64,000 nt of DNA from Mobula hypostoma. Taxonomy: Eukaryota. Positions 48,257 to 60,399 of the stretch are shown one piece after another (the stretch's first letter is position 1; each line of letters begins with the position of its first letter). A program made the translations under genes and the position numbers. Location: contig NC_086097.1 in NCBI RefSeq assembly GCF_963921235.1, positions 106,146,001-106,210,000 on the forward strand, given 5' to 3'. The notes under the pieces are model-generated. The model ran no database searches. It was given only the letters and a program-made list of their open reading frames with translations, and was not told where the DNA came from.

Positions 48257-48984
48257 ACCACATGTTAGTGAGGCAAGAAAGCAGTACAGTTGAATATGTG
48301 GCTAAGGAGGTGGTTTAGGAGAGAGCAAGGGAGGGCTGCAGGAACATGGATCTCTGAACTATTTCATGGCAGGCAAGACTTGTCAAAAAAGCATGGCTTA
48401 TACCTCAACTGGAAGGCTACCAATATACCAATATTATTTCAAGGCTGTTTGCCAGTGCTGCTCAGGATGGTTTAACTAGTATGGTGGGTTGGGTAGGAAC
48501 CAGAGGGGCAGTTAAGCAAGTAGAGGGATTGAGGGGAAGGTAATGCTTAGGTCAAGTTAGTCTGAAAGGGAAGGATATGCAAGACCAGGTTTATGAACAT
48601 GTGAAGCTGAAGTGTATTTATTTCAAAGAAAGAAGTATTAGGAGTAAGGGAGATAAGCATAGAGCCCTGAACTGTAATGGTTTAGAAGTATAGATTAGTA
48701 AGTTTGCAGATGACATGAAGGTTGATGTTGTTGTGGATACAGTAGAACAGGACATTGATAAGATGCAGAGCTGGGCTGAGAAGCGGTAGATAGAGTTCAA
48801 TCTGGAAACATTTAATGTTTACATATTGGAAGGGAGATCTTGAATGTAGGGTTAATGACAAGATTCGTGGCAATGAGAAGGAACAGGGAGGAATTTTGGG
48901 CTCCACATCCATAGATCCCTCTAAGTAGTTCAAAAGGTCAGCACACCATTGTAGGCTAAGTGCCCATTCTGTGCTGTACTGTTC

Positions 48985-49576
48985 TATGTTCACCCTAAAC
49001 TTATGCTCTCTAGTTCTAGTATCACTAACTTCAGGGATAATAAAAGCTTGCATGTAATTTTGCACCCCGCTATAAGATCTCCCCTCATTCTCCTACGCTC
49101 CAGGGAATAATCTCCTGACCTTTTCAACCTTTCCTTATAAATCAGGTCCTCAAGTTCCAACAATAGGCTTGTAATTCTCTCTGTACTCTTTCAATCTTAT
49201 TTATATTTTTCCTGTAGGTAGCTGACCAGAACTGCAAACATTATTTCAAATTCAGCCTCACCAACTATTATACAACTTCAACATAACATCTCAACTCATT
49301 GCTCTGATTTATGACGGCCAATGTGCCAAAAGCTCTTTTGATGACTCATCTACTTGTGACTGTACTTACAAGTAATTATGGATCTGTATTCCCAGATCTC
49401 TTTGTTCTACCACACATCTCAGTGCCCTACCATTTATTGTGCAAGTCCTACCTTTCCCTGGTCTGTCCTGCCAAAAGTCAACATCTTACACTTGTTTGCA
49501 ATTTTTTTATATAGCTGCAGCATGACTTCCTTACTCTCACACTCAACATTGTTATCAATGAAAGCAATATGGCTTC
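48985..49576 (-). mobile_element. Degraded CR1 fragments; the last one continues at 60400 onward
   Basis: 'gatctcccctcattctccta', 'ccagaactgcaaaca'; the flank 'atatggcttc' rejoins 'tttaccaccctatccac' after the LTR element. Confidence 0.65.
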
Positions 49577-51246
49577 TGTTACGGACCAACAACAATAGAT
49601 GTAGAATGGAGTCGGGGAATTATTGCAAAACAATTAAATTTATTAACATTTACACAGAAATATAGAAAATTAAACAAATGACTAATTTAAACAGAAGTTA
49701 ACGGTGTTATGCGTCTATGGTTCCCAAACAGTCAAACTTAGAAACAATTCTTAACTTAGTCTTACTCAAGCACAGTCTGCGAGTGGCAGTTTAGAAAGTC
49801 CAGGTGATTCATGAAATATGTGAGAGGAGAGACTTGTATATTCACAATGCAACGAAGAGACGATCTTGGAGATTCACAATGCGGCGGAGAGGCCATCTTG
49901 AAGAAACAGTTACCGGAGTTTGCAGCCGTGGCGTATCTTTTTTGAAGAGTCCACGAAGAGCGAGATTTTATAGAGTAACTGATATGGAATGTCCCTTTCA
50001 CCAAAGTGGTCACCACACAATACCCGAGACCATGCAGGGGTTAACCAAAAGTGTGTGCCACAATCAATGTATGGGTTATACGAAATGTCAGTCACATTCG
50101 AAATGCAGAGAGTGCTGCCGGCTAACCAATCCTTTGGGTTTGTTCAAAGCCTGCAATCTTCACTCTCACTCTCCCTTCCCGTCGATTCCTTAACGACTCC
50201 TTACCGAGTGTCTCCCTAATGAGCGACTGCCTACTAAACTGAACTCTTTGCCCTTAATATGAGTTATTAAGAGATCACATTCCTGTAAAATTAAACTCCA
50301 GTTCAGCAACCTTCTCTTTTTGTTTTTCAGTTTACTCAAAAATACCAATGGGTTATGATCGATGTAAACCACGAGTGGTTTCAGAGTTGTGCCAACATAC
50401 ACATCAAAATGCTGTGAAGCCAAAATAAGGGATAATAATTCCTTTTCTGTGGTTGAAGAATTTCTCTGGTGTCCATTGAATTTCTTGGAAAAGTAAGCCA
50501 CAGGATGGTCAACATCATCATAATTATCCCTTTGGAGTAACACTGCTCCTGCAGCCGCATCACTGGCATCCACATCTAGGGAAAGTGGCTTTTCAAAGTC
50601 AGGTGACCTGAGCACAGGTTGGTGACATAAGATAGCTTTCAACTTACCAAATGTCTCCTGACAAGGCTCTTTCCAAACAAACTTTTCACCTTTTCTCAGG
50701 AGGTTAGTTAATGGGAGTGCAATCTCAGCACAGTTCTTACAGAACTTGCGATAGTACACTACCATTCCCAAGAATCTTCTGAGAGCCTTTTTACCTGTTG
50801 GAGTGGGAACCTCCGAAATTGCTTGAACTTTTGCTTGTACAGGAGCCAACCTGCCTTGACCTACAACGTAACCAAGATAGGTCACAGTGGCATAGCCAAA
50901 TTCACTTTTAGCTATCATGTGAGACTACTGTAGTTCTTTTTGTAACATCTGGAAATAAATCCCTAAATTTCATAATTAACTGCTTCATTTGCTGCCGCTG
51001 CTGTGGCTTCAAATGAGCCAATTTCTCATCAATATTTTCTAAAATTGTCGAATTTGTTCATCTGGTGGAAATAATGTTCGGTTTAAAATAGGTCTCAGCT
51101 GGATCAGCTACCAAGTTCCCAGGGAGGTCAGACTCATTGTTACTGACAACAACAGTCACAGCGGCAGATTGTTTTTCATAATATGGTTTTAGCACATTTA
51201 TATGCCAAAGCTGCGTTGGCATTTGTCGATCTGTTGTTTTTACCAC

Positions 51247-52444
51247 TGTTACGTACACACAACCTTGGGGAAAGTACCGGTTACATGCACACAACACTGC
51301 AAAAGTATCAGCAGCAATAGAACACACCTGGAGTCTGTTTTTGATGTTTAAATCCATTATCTTTATTAGTAACTACTACATTTAGTAACTTAACCAGGTG
51401 ATCAAAAGTTAGCAGGGTGATGCATATATAGGTGTATAGATAAAGATCCCAAACTTATTCGAGCTCAGGTGGTAAGAGTTACAGTCTTATGATGGTATGT
51501 AAGAAAGTTCAGTTCAATCCTCAGGTTAACTAATGCGAGATATTTGTAATCCAAAGGCGAACGTTGTGAGAAGGCAATTACGTCGATATTCCACAGGTTC
51601 CATGACAGCAATACAAAATAACAATAGCAGTAGGTTTTATCTCTGAAGTTGTTCCACTCCACACACAAAGTATCACCAACAGTAGCTTATCACAAAGGGG
51701 ACCATCTTCCAGGGAACCACCACCCGGGCAAGGGTAGACACATCAGTAGCTTCCACAAGGTTACCCCAAACACACAACATGATAGCCACTTATCCAGTTC
51801 CACGACATACAAAATAACTCCAACAGTGATTTGCCACAGGGGTGCCTTTCTCAGTGAACTACCACACCCAGACAAAGGGTAAACACACACGTGGTATTCA
51901 CAAAGGTTTTCCCCTCACCAGAGAACCCACTCCTGTGGATTAACTATGTGACAATCGCACGCTCGTATCTGAATGGAATCAAACTCACCCTTATGGGCTA
52001 CTTGGAGAGAGTCCAAACAGCGATCTCTTTATCACTAGGTTTCTTCTGTTTCAAACCTTTCTCTCCCCCCTCTTTCTCTGCAATCTTCTTCTAGTCGATT
52101 ATCAATACTCTGGATCAATCTCAACTCACCTCTTTTGGGTTACTGAAAGCTTAAACCAGCGACCTCACTCACTGGTGTCTTTAATTGATTGAAACCATCT
52201 CGACTCTGAGCATGTGTCTCTCTATGTGTGTCTGTGAGAGGATCATCTGACCTTGCTTATTCAAAACAAGCCGCGAGAAACCATAAACATTCATTGTCCA
52301 TCAAACAACTCCACCTCTCTCACCGTAGTAACCAAGCAATTTTGTAGTCAGTAGAAATCCAACAGTGTTCAAAAGTCAGTCTCATTCTCTCAGCATTTTA
52401 AAGTGACAGTCCACAGAAAAAATGAACCCTCGGGGTATACAACA
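51247..52444. mobile_element. Solo LTR of another family inserted in the integrase C-terminus
   Basis: TGTT..AACA ends, TSD CCAC, and the integrase reads through (DYVV|VKTTD..HINVLKPY) when it is removed. Confidence 0.85.
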
Positions 52445-54189
52445 CCACATAATCCACATTATTAACTTTAGATATAATCTTGTAAGGTCCATGAAATGTA
52501 GCTTGCAAAGAGTTCATTCGCACAGGGAAAACCAACACCTCATCTCCTGGCTTGAATGACCTTATTCTAGCTTCCTGGTCATACCAAGTTTTCATTCTTT
52601 CCTGAGCAGATTTCAGATTTTCCCTTGCTAAGACGCAATCTTTTTGCAATCTTTCCTTAAATTTTAAGATATAATCCAGCAAGTTAGTATGTAGTTCTTT
52701 GTTAACCTACTGTTATTATAACAATGCCAAAGGTCCTCGGACCCGGTGCCCAAACACAAGTTCAAAGGGACTAAAGCCTAGGGACTCCTGCACTGACTCC
52801 CTTACTGCAAACAAAAGCAAATGAACTCCCTCATCCCAATCCTTCACATTTTCAACACAGAATGTCCTAATCAAGGTTTGAGGGTGGAATGGAACCTTTC
52901 TAAGGACCCCTGTGATTCTGGATGGTACACAGATGATGTAATTTGTTTGGCTCCCAGGTTATAAACTACTTGCTGGAATAATCCTGACATAAAATTACTT
53001 CCTTGATCAGACTGAATTTCTTTAGGCAAAGCAAATAAGGTAAAAAACTTTATGAGAGGCTTCGGCACAGTTTTAGCTTTTATATTCCTGAGAGGTATTG
53101 CTTCTGGAAACCTAGATGTGTACACATTATGGTCAGCAAATATTGATGGCCAGCTTTAGTCTTCGGCAATGGGTCAACACAATCCACAAATTATTTAGAA
53201 AAGGGCTTGCCAAATGCAGGAATAGGTTGCAGTGGGGCCACTGGGGTGACTTAATTAAGTTTACCCACAACCTGACAAGTGTGACAAGTTCGGCAAAATG
53301 TTGCCACATCTTTCTTCAACCCAGGCCAGAAGAAGTGTTTAGAAATCTTTGTTCTACCACACATCTCAGTGCCCTACCATTTATTGTGCAAGTCCTACCT
53401 TTCCCTGGTCTGTCCTGCCAAAAGTCAACATCTTACACTTGTTTGCAATTTTTTTATATAGCTGCAGCATGACTTCCTTACTCTCACACTCAACATTGTT
53501 ATCAATGAAAGCAATATGGCTTCTGTTACGGACCAACAACAATAGATGTAGAATGGAGTCGGGGAATTATTGCAAAACAATTAAATTTATTAACATTTAC
53601 ACAGAAATATAGAAAATTAAACAAATGACTAATTTAAACAGAAGTTAACGGTGTTATGCGTCTATGGTTCCCAAACAGTCAAACTTAGAAACAATTCTTA
53701 ACTTAGTCTTACTCAAGCACAGTCTGCGAGTGGCAGTTTAGAAAGTCCAGGTGATTCATGAAATATGTGAGAGGAGAGACTTGTATATTCACAATGCAAC
53801 GAAGAGACGATCTTGGAGATTCACAATGCGGCGGAGAGGCCATCTTGAAGAAACAGTTACCGGAGTTTGCAGCCGTGGAGTATCTTTTTTGAAGAGTCCA
53901 CGAAGAGCGAGATTTTATAGAGTAACTGATATGGAATGTCCCTTTCACCAAAGTGGTCACCACACAATACCCGAGACCATGCAGGGGTTAACCAAAAGTG
54001 TGTGCCACAATCAATGTATGGGTTATACGAAATGTCAGTCACATTCGAAATGCAGAGAGTGCTGCCGGCTAACCAATCCTTTGGGTTTGTTCAAAGCCTG
54101 CAATCTTCACTCTCACTCTCCCTTCCCGTCGATTCCTTAACGACTCCTTACCGAGTGTCTCCCTAATGAGCGACTGCCTACTAAACTGA

Positions 54190-57100
54190 ACTCTTTGCCC
54201 TTAATATGAGTTATTAAGAGATCACATTCCTGTAAAATTAAACTCCAGTTCAGCAACCTTCTCTTTTTGTTTTTCAGTTTACTCAAAAATACCAATGGGT
54301 TATGATCGATGTAAACCACGAGTGGTTTCAGAGTTGTGCCAACATACACATCAAAATGCTGTGAAGCCAAAATAAGGGATAATAATTCCTTTTCTGTGGT
54401 TGAAGAATTTCTCTGGTGTCCATTGAATTTCTTGGAAAAGTAAGCCACAGGATGGTCAACATCATCATAATTATCCCTTTGGAGTAACACTGCTCCTGCA
54501 GCCGCATCACTGGCATCCACATCTAGGGAAAGTGGCTTTTCAAAGTCAGGTGACCTGAGCACAGGTTGGTGACATAAGATAGCTTTCAACTTACCAAATG
54601 TCTCCTGACAAGGCTCTTTCCAAACAAACTTTTCACCTTTTCTCAGGAGGTTAGTTAATGGGAGTGCAATCTCAGCACAGTTCTTACAGAACTTGCGATA
54701 GTACACTACCATTCCCAAGAATCTTCTGAGAGCCTTTTTACCTGTTGGAGTGGGAACCTCCGAAATTGCTTGAACTTTTGCTTGTACAGGAGCCAACCTG
54801 CCTTGACCTACAACGTAACCAAGATAGGTCACAGTGGCATAGCCAAATTCACTTTTAGCTATCATGTGAGACTACTGTAGTTCTTTTTGTAACATCTGGA
54901 AATAAATCCCTAAATTTCATAATTAACTGCTTCATTTGCTGCCGCTGCTGTGGCTTCAAATGAGCCAATTTCTCATCAATATTTTCTAAAATTGTCGAAT
55001 TTGTTCATCTGGTGGAAATAATGTTCGGTTTAAAATAGGTCTCAGCTGGATCAGCTACCAAGTTCCCAGGGAGGTCAGACTCATTGTTACTGACAACAAC
55101 AGTCACAGCGGCAGATTGTTTTTCATAATATGGTTTTAGCACATTTATATGCCAAAGCTGCGTTGGCATTTGTCGATCTGTTGTTTTTACCACTGTTACG
55201 TACACACAACCTTGGGGAAAGTACCGGTTACATGCACACAACACTGCAAAAGTATCAGCAGCAATAGAACACACCTGGAGTCTGTTTTTGATGTTTAAAT
55301 CCATTATCTTTATTAGTAACTACTACATTTAGTAACTTAACCAGGTGATCAAAAGTTAGCAGGGTGATGCATATATAGGTGTATAGATAAAGATCCCAAA
55401 CTTATTCGAGCTCAGGTGGTAAGAGTTACAGTCTTATGATGGTATGTAAGAAAGTTCAGTTCAATCCTCAGGTTAACTAATGCGAGATATTTGTAATCCA
55501 AAGGCGAACGTTGTGAGAAGGCAATTACGTCGATATTCCACAGGTTCCATGACAGCAATACAAAATAACAATAGCAGTAGGTTTTATCTCTGAAGTTGTT
55601 CCACTCCACACACAAAGTATCACCAACAGTAGCTTATCACAAAGGGGACCATCTTCCAGGGAACCACCACCCGGGCAAGGGTAGACACATCAGTAGCTTC
55701 CACAAGGTTACCCCAAACACACAACATGATAGCCACTTATCCAGTTCCACGACATACAAAATAACTCCAACAGTGATTTGCCACAGGGGTGCCTTTCTCA
55801 GTGAACTACCACACCCAGACAAAGGGTAAACACACACGTGGTATTCACAAAGGTTTTCCCCTCACCAGAGAACCCACTCCTGTGGATTAACTATGTGACA
55901 ATCGCACGCTCGTATCTGAATGGAATCAAACTCACCCTTATGGGCTACTTGGAGAGAGTCCAAACAGCGATCTCTTTATCACTAGGTTTCTTCTGTTTCA
56001 AACCTTTCTCTCCCCCCTCTTTCTCTGCAATCTTCTTCTAGTCGATTATCAATACTCTGGATCAATCTCAACTCACCTCTTTTGGGTTACTGAAAGCTTA
56101 AACCAGCGACCTCACTCACTGGTGTCTTTAATTGATTGAAACCATCTCGACTCTGAGCATGTGTCTCTCTATGTGTGTCTGTGAGAGGATCATCTGACCT
56201 TGCTTATTCAAAACAAGCCGCGAGAAACCATAAACATTCATTGTCCATCAAACAACTCCACCTCTCTCACCGTAGTAACCAAGCAATTTTGTAGTCAGTA
56301 GAAATCCAACAGTGTTCAAAAGTCAGTCTCATTCTCTCAGCATTTTAAAGTGACAGTCCACAGAAAAAATGAACCCTCGGGGTATACAACACCACATAAT
56401 CCACATTATTAACTTTAGATATAATCTTGTAAGGTCCATGAAATGTAGCTTGCAAAGAGTTCATTCGCACAGGGAAAACCAACACCTCATCTCCTGGCTT
56501 GAATGACCTTATTCTAGCTTCCTGGTCATACCAAGTTTTCATTCTTTCCTGAGCAGATTTCAGATTTTCCCTTGCTAAGACGCAATCTTTTTGCAATCTT
56601 TCCTTAAATTTTAAGATATAATCCAGCAAGTTAGTATGTAGTTCTTTGTTAACCTACTGTTATTATAACAATGCCAAAGGTCCTCGGACCCGGTGCCCAA
56701 ACACAAGTTCAAAGGGACTAAAGCCTAGGGACTCCTGCACTGACTCCCTTACTGCAAACAAAAGCAAATGAACTCCCTCATCCCAATCCTTCACATTTTC
56801 AACACAGAATGTCCTAATCAAGGTTTGAGGGTGGAATGGAACCTTTCTAAGGACCCCTGTGATTCTGGATGGTACACAGATGATGTAATTTGTTTGGCTC
56901 CCAGGTTATAAACTACTTGCTGGAATAATCCTGACATAAAATTACTTCCTTGATCAGACTGAATTTCTTTAGGCAAAGCAAATAAGGTAAAAAACTTTAT
57001 GAGAGGCTTCGGCACAGTTTTAGCTTTTATATTCCTGAGAGGTATTGCTTCTGGAAACCTAGATGTGTACACATTATGGTCAGCAAATATTGATGGCCAG

Positions 57101-58980
57101 CTTTAGTCTTCGGCAATGGGTCAACACAATCCACAAATTATTTAGAAAAGGGCTTGCCAAATGCAGGAATAGGTTGCAGTGGGGCCACTGGGGTGACTTA
57201 ATTAAGTTTACCCACAACCTGACAAGTGTGACAAGTTCGGCAAAATGTTGCCACATCTTTCTTCAACCCAGGCCAGAAGAAGTGTTTAGAAATCTTGTTC
57301 ACAGTTTTATTCACACCAAGATGGCCACCCAAGGGCACACTACGAGCCAAAGTTAAAATCTCATTCCTATAGACTTTAGGAACTACTACCTGGTGAACAA
57401 CTGACCAATTCTCACTTGCCAGAATCTCAGGTGGTCTCCACTTCCTCATTAACACTCCACTCTTGAAATAAAACCCTACTGACACTTTATCAATCTCCTC
57501 ACCTGAGAGAGCTTTTTCTCTTAAAGCTTCAATCTCAGGGTCTCTGCTCTGTTCTGCTATAAACTCCTTCCTAGACAGAGAAAAATCTCTATGGTCAGAT
57601 CTACTACAAGAATCTTGGTCAAACAAGGAAGGTAGGAAAGATACTGACAAATCATCAAGATCTGAGTCCTGATTTGAGCTATCATGGGTAGCAGAACCAT
57701 GCTATACCAAACCATCTGCATTGGCAGACTTTTTTGCCATAGCTTGGGTTACTGCACAGGAGGGATAAATGTTAGAATCTATCTTTGGATCATCAGTGAT
57801 TGGCTTAGTTGAAAGCTGCACTGCAGGAACAACTTTTCCACCTGCTAGGTCATTCCCTAACAACAAGGAAACACCATCCACTGGTAATCTGGGTCGTAGT
57901 CCTATTTTAACAGGTCCTGAGACTAACCTTAACTTCAAGATTATCTTGTGCAGAGGTACAGAAACAACATTACACCCAATACCTTGAACAAGATTTACCT
58001 CACCAATGGCAGTCTTATCACTTAACTTTAGAACACTGTCTAACATAAGTGACTGAGAAGCCCCGGTATCCTTAAGAATCTTTACTAGTACTGGGGTAGA
58101 CCCTTCATTTACTGAAACAACTCCCTCTGACATAAAAGGATCGAAGCCTTTCCTAACTCGGTCAGACCTCTCAGACCCTGACAGAACTTCATCAGACTGT
58201 TCAGAACCCTGTGGGTTTATGGGTGTTTCAAAGTGTTGGACACAGGCGTCTGGAACTGCCTCCTTTTCCTTCTTCTTCAGACGGAAACAGTTAGCCATAA
58301 CAGGACCAGATTTCCCACAATAGTGACAAATAGGACCAAAATGCTTTTCCTTTACTTACTTCCCTTCATCCCTACCTTTTTCACTTATCCCCGATTTAAT
58401 TTCTAGTTTACTCTGACTATCCGTGCTACTATTTTTGGAAGGTTTTACTTGGGGTAATTTTAACTCTGTGGGTTAGGGCAAACTCATCTGCTAATTTAGC
58501 AGACTCTCACAACGTGGTAGCCTTTATGTCATTAGGGACCTTTATATCATTAGGATTTATCAACCTCAGCCTCATTAAATGGAGGAACCAATTTAATTTC
58601 CTGACTGGCAATAAATGGTACTACCTGTTTCCTAGAACCAGAAGCCTGATTCTCAAGCCTCATCCTCTGCATCTGTAACTCATACTGCCTCTGTTTCTCT
58701 CTGTCCTCAGCCTCTAATTTAAGTTTCTTGAACGCTATCTGTTCCAGCTGTAACTGGATCACCTCTTTACTTACAGGAAACTTCTGTAACACCCTCTCAT
58801 CAAATTCCCCTTTAGTTATATGGTACTCAGCTATTTTCCTTCAGAAACTCAGGCTTTGTCATAGTCGGCTTTATCTCAGTAAGCTCTTGCTCTTTAGCAA
58901 TTTCCAGCACCTCATCCTTATTGGCTTTTGCTAATGCCTCAGGAGTTGGCAATGCTAGAAATTCCCCAATATACATTGCT
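54190..58980 (-). pseudogene. pol: Gmr1-type gag-pol remnants
   Basis: KLVPPFNEAEVD (gag); KDTGASQSL (PR); GGHLGVNKT..CRTCHTC and SDQGSNF (IN); YLGYVVG, DVDASD, EKELL, DHNPL (end of RT and RH); the RT core is deleted. Confidence 0.9.
55194..56391. mobile_element. Duplicate of the solo LTR
   Basis: Copy of 51247-52444 at +3947. Confidence 0.85.
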
Positions 58981-59916
58981 GCTGATTTCCACACACAAAC
59001 CAATTAAACAAAAGGAATTGGGTATTTCCCTTTTTCCAATTAGATCGATAATTAACCAATAAGCTCCAAGTTCTGATCGTAGACGTGCGCCCAATTTTTA
59101 TGTTACAGACCAGCAACAATAGATGTAGAATGAAGTCGGGGAATTATTGCAAAACAACTAAATTTATTAACATTTACGCAGAAATATAGAAAATTAAACA
59201 AACAACTAACTTAAACAGAAGTTAACGATGTTATGCGTCTATAATTCCCAAACAGTCAAACTTAGAAACAATTCTTAACTTAGTGTTACTCAAGCACATT
59301 CTTAGAGTGGCAGTTTAGAAAGTTCAGGTGATTCATGAAATATGTGAGAGGAGAGACTTGTATATTCACAACGCAACAAAGAGACGATCTTGGAGATTCA
59401 CAATACGGCAGAGAGGCGACCTTGAAGAAACAGTTGCCAGAGTTTGCAGCCGTGGAGTACCTTTTTTGAAGAGTTCAAGAAGAGCGAGATTTCACAGAGT
59501 AACTGACAGGGAATGTCCCTTTCACCGAAATGGTCACCACACAACACCCGAGACCATGCAGGGGTTAACCAAAAGTGTATGCCGCAATCAATGTATGGAT
59601 TATACGAAATGTCAGTCACATTCGAAATGCACAGAGTGCTGCTGGCTAACCCAATCCTTTAATCCTTAATTCTGCAATCTTCACTCTCATTCTCCCTTCC
59701 CATCGATTCCTTAACGACTGCTTACCGAGCGACTCCCTAATGAGCGACTGCCCACTAAATGACTGCGACTCTTTTCAAACCGTCAGAGAAATCATGTGAC
59801 TCTCACAGAAACAAAGTCATGGAGTCCCAGTAAACCACGTGGTGCCCCCAGGAATCGAAACTACAAGCTTCTAGCAAAACAAGACTATAGGTACATCGCA
59901 CTTAGTAAATAAAACT

Positions 59917-60353
59917 AATAGACAATAGACAATAGGTGCAGAAGTAGGCCATTCGGCCCTTTGAGCCAGCACCACCGTTCACTGTGATCATGGCTGATCA
60001 TCCACAATCAGCACCCTGTTCCTGCCTTCTCCCCATATCCTTTGACTCCGCTATCTTTAAGAGCTCTATCTAACTCTTTCGTGAAAGAATCCAGAGAATT
60101 GGCCTCCACTGCCTTCTGAGGCAGAGCATTCCACAGATCCACAACCCTCTGTGTGAAAAAGTTTTTCCTCAACTCCATTCTAAATGGTCTACCCCTTATT
60201 CTTAAACTGTGGCCTCTGGTTCTGGACTTCCTCAATATCAGGAACATGTTTCCTGCCCCTGGCGTGTCCAATCCCTTAATAATCTTATATGTTTCAATCA
60301 GATCCCCTCTCATCCTTCTAAATTCCAGTGTATACAAGTCCAGTCATTCCAAT
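59917..60353 (-). mobile_element. CR1 3' end inserted in the 5' LTR of the Gmr1-type element
   Basis: RRMRGDLIETYKII..RGHSLRIRG; same (ATTGTCT)n tail as 21166. Confidence 0.9.
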
Positions 60354-60399
60354 AATATCACGTGACATCCAGAGGAATTGAAACTGTGGATCCATAACA

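Larger units (their letters stand above)
49399..57296. repeat. Near-perfect tandem duplication, unit 3947 bp
   Basis: All ORFs repeat at +3947 (50190/54137, 52398/56345); one difference seen (C49932 vs A53879); junction at about 53346. Confidence 0.97.
49577..60399 (-). mobile_element. Gmr1-type Gypsy LTR retrotransposon (gag-PR-IN-RT-RH), deleted and decayed
   Basis: TGTTA..TAACA ends; TSD CTTC (49573-49576 and 60400-60403); LTRs start at 49577, 53524 (duplicate) and 59101; degenerate Pro-like PBS at 59076-59093 (13/18). Confidence 0.9.

Noticed and set aside
49804..50193. Repeated 129-aa ORF (also at 53751 and 59328) as a gene family
   Set aside because: All copies lie inside LTRs of the same element and have no recognisable domain.
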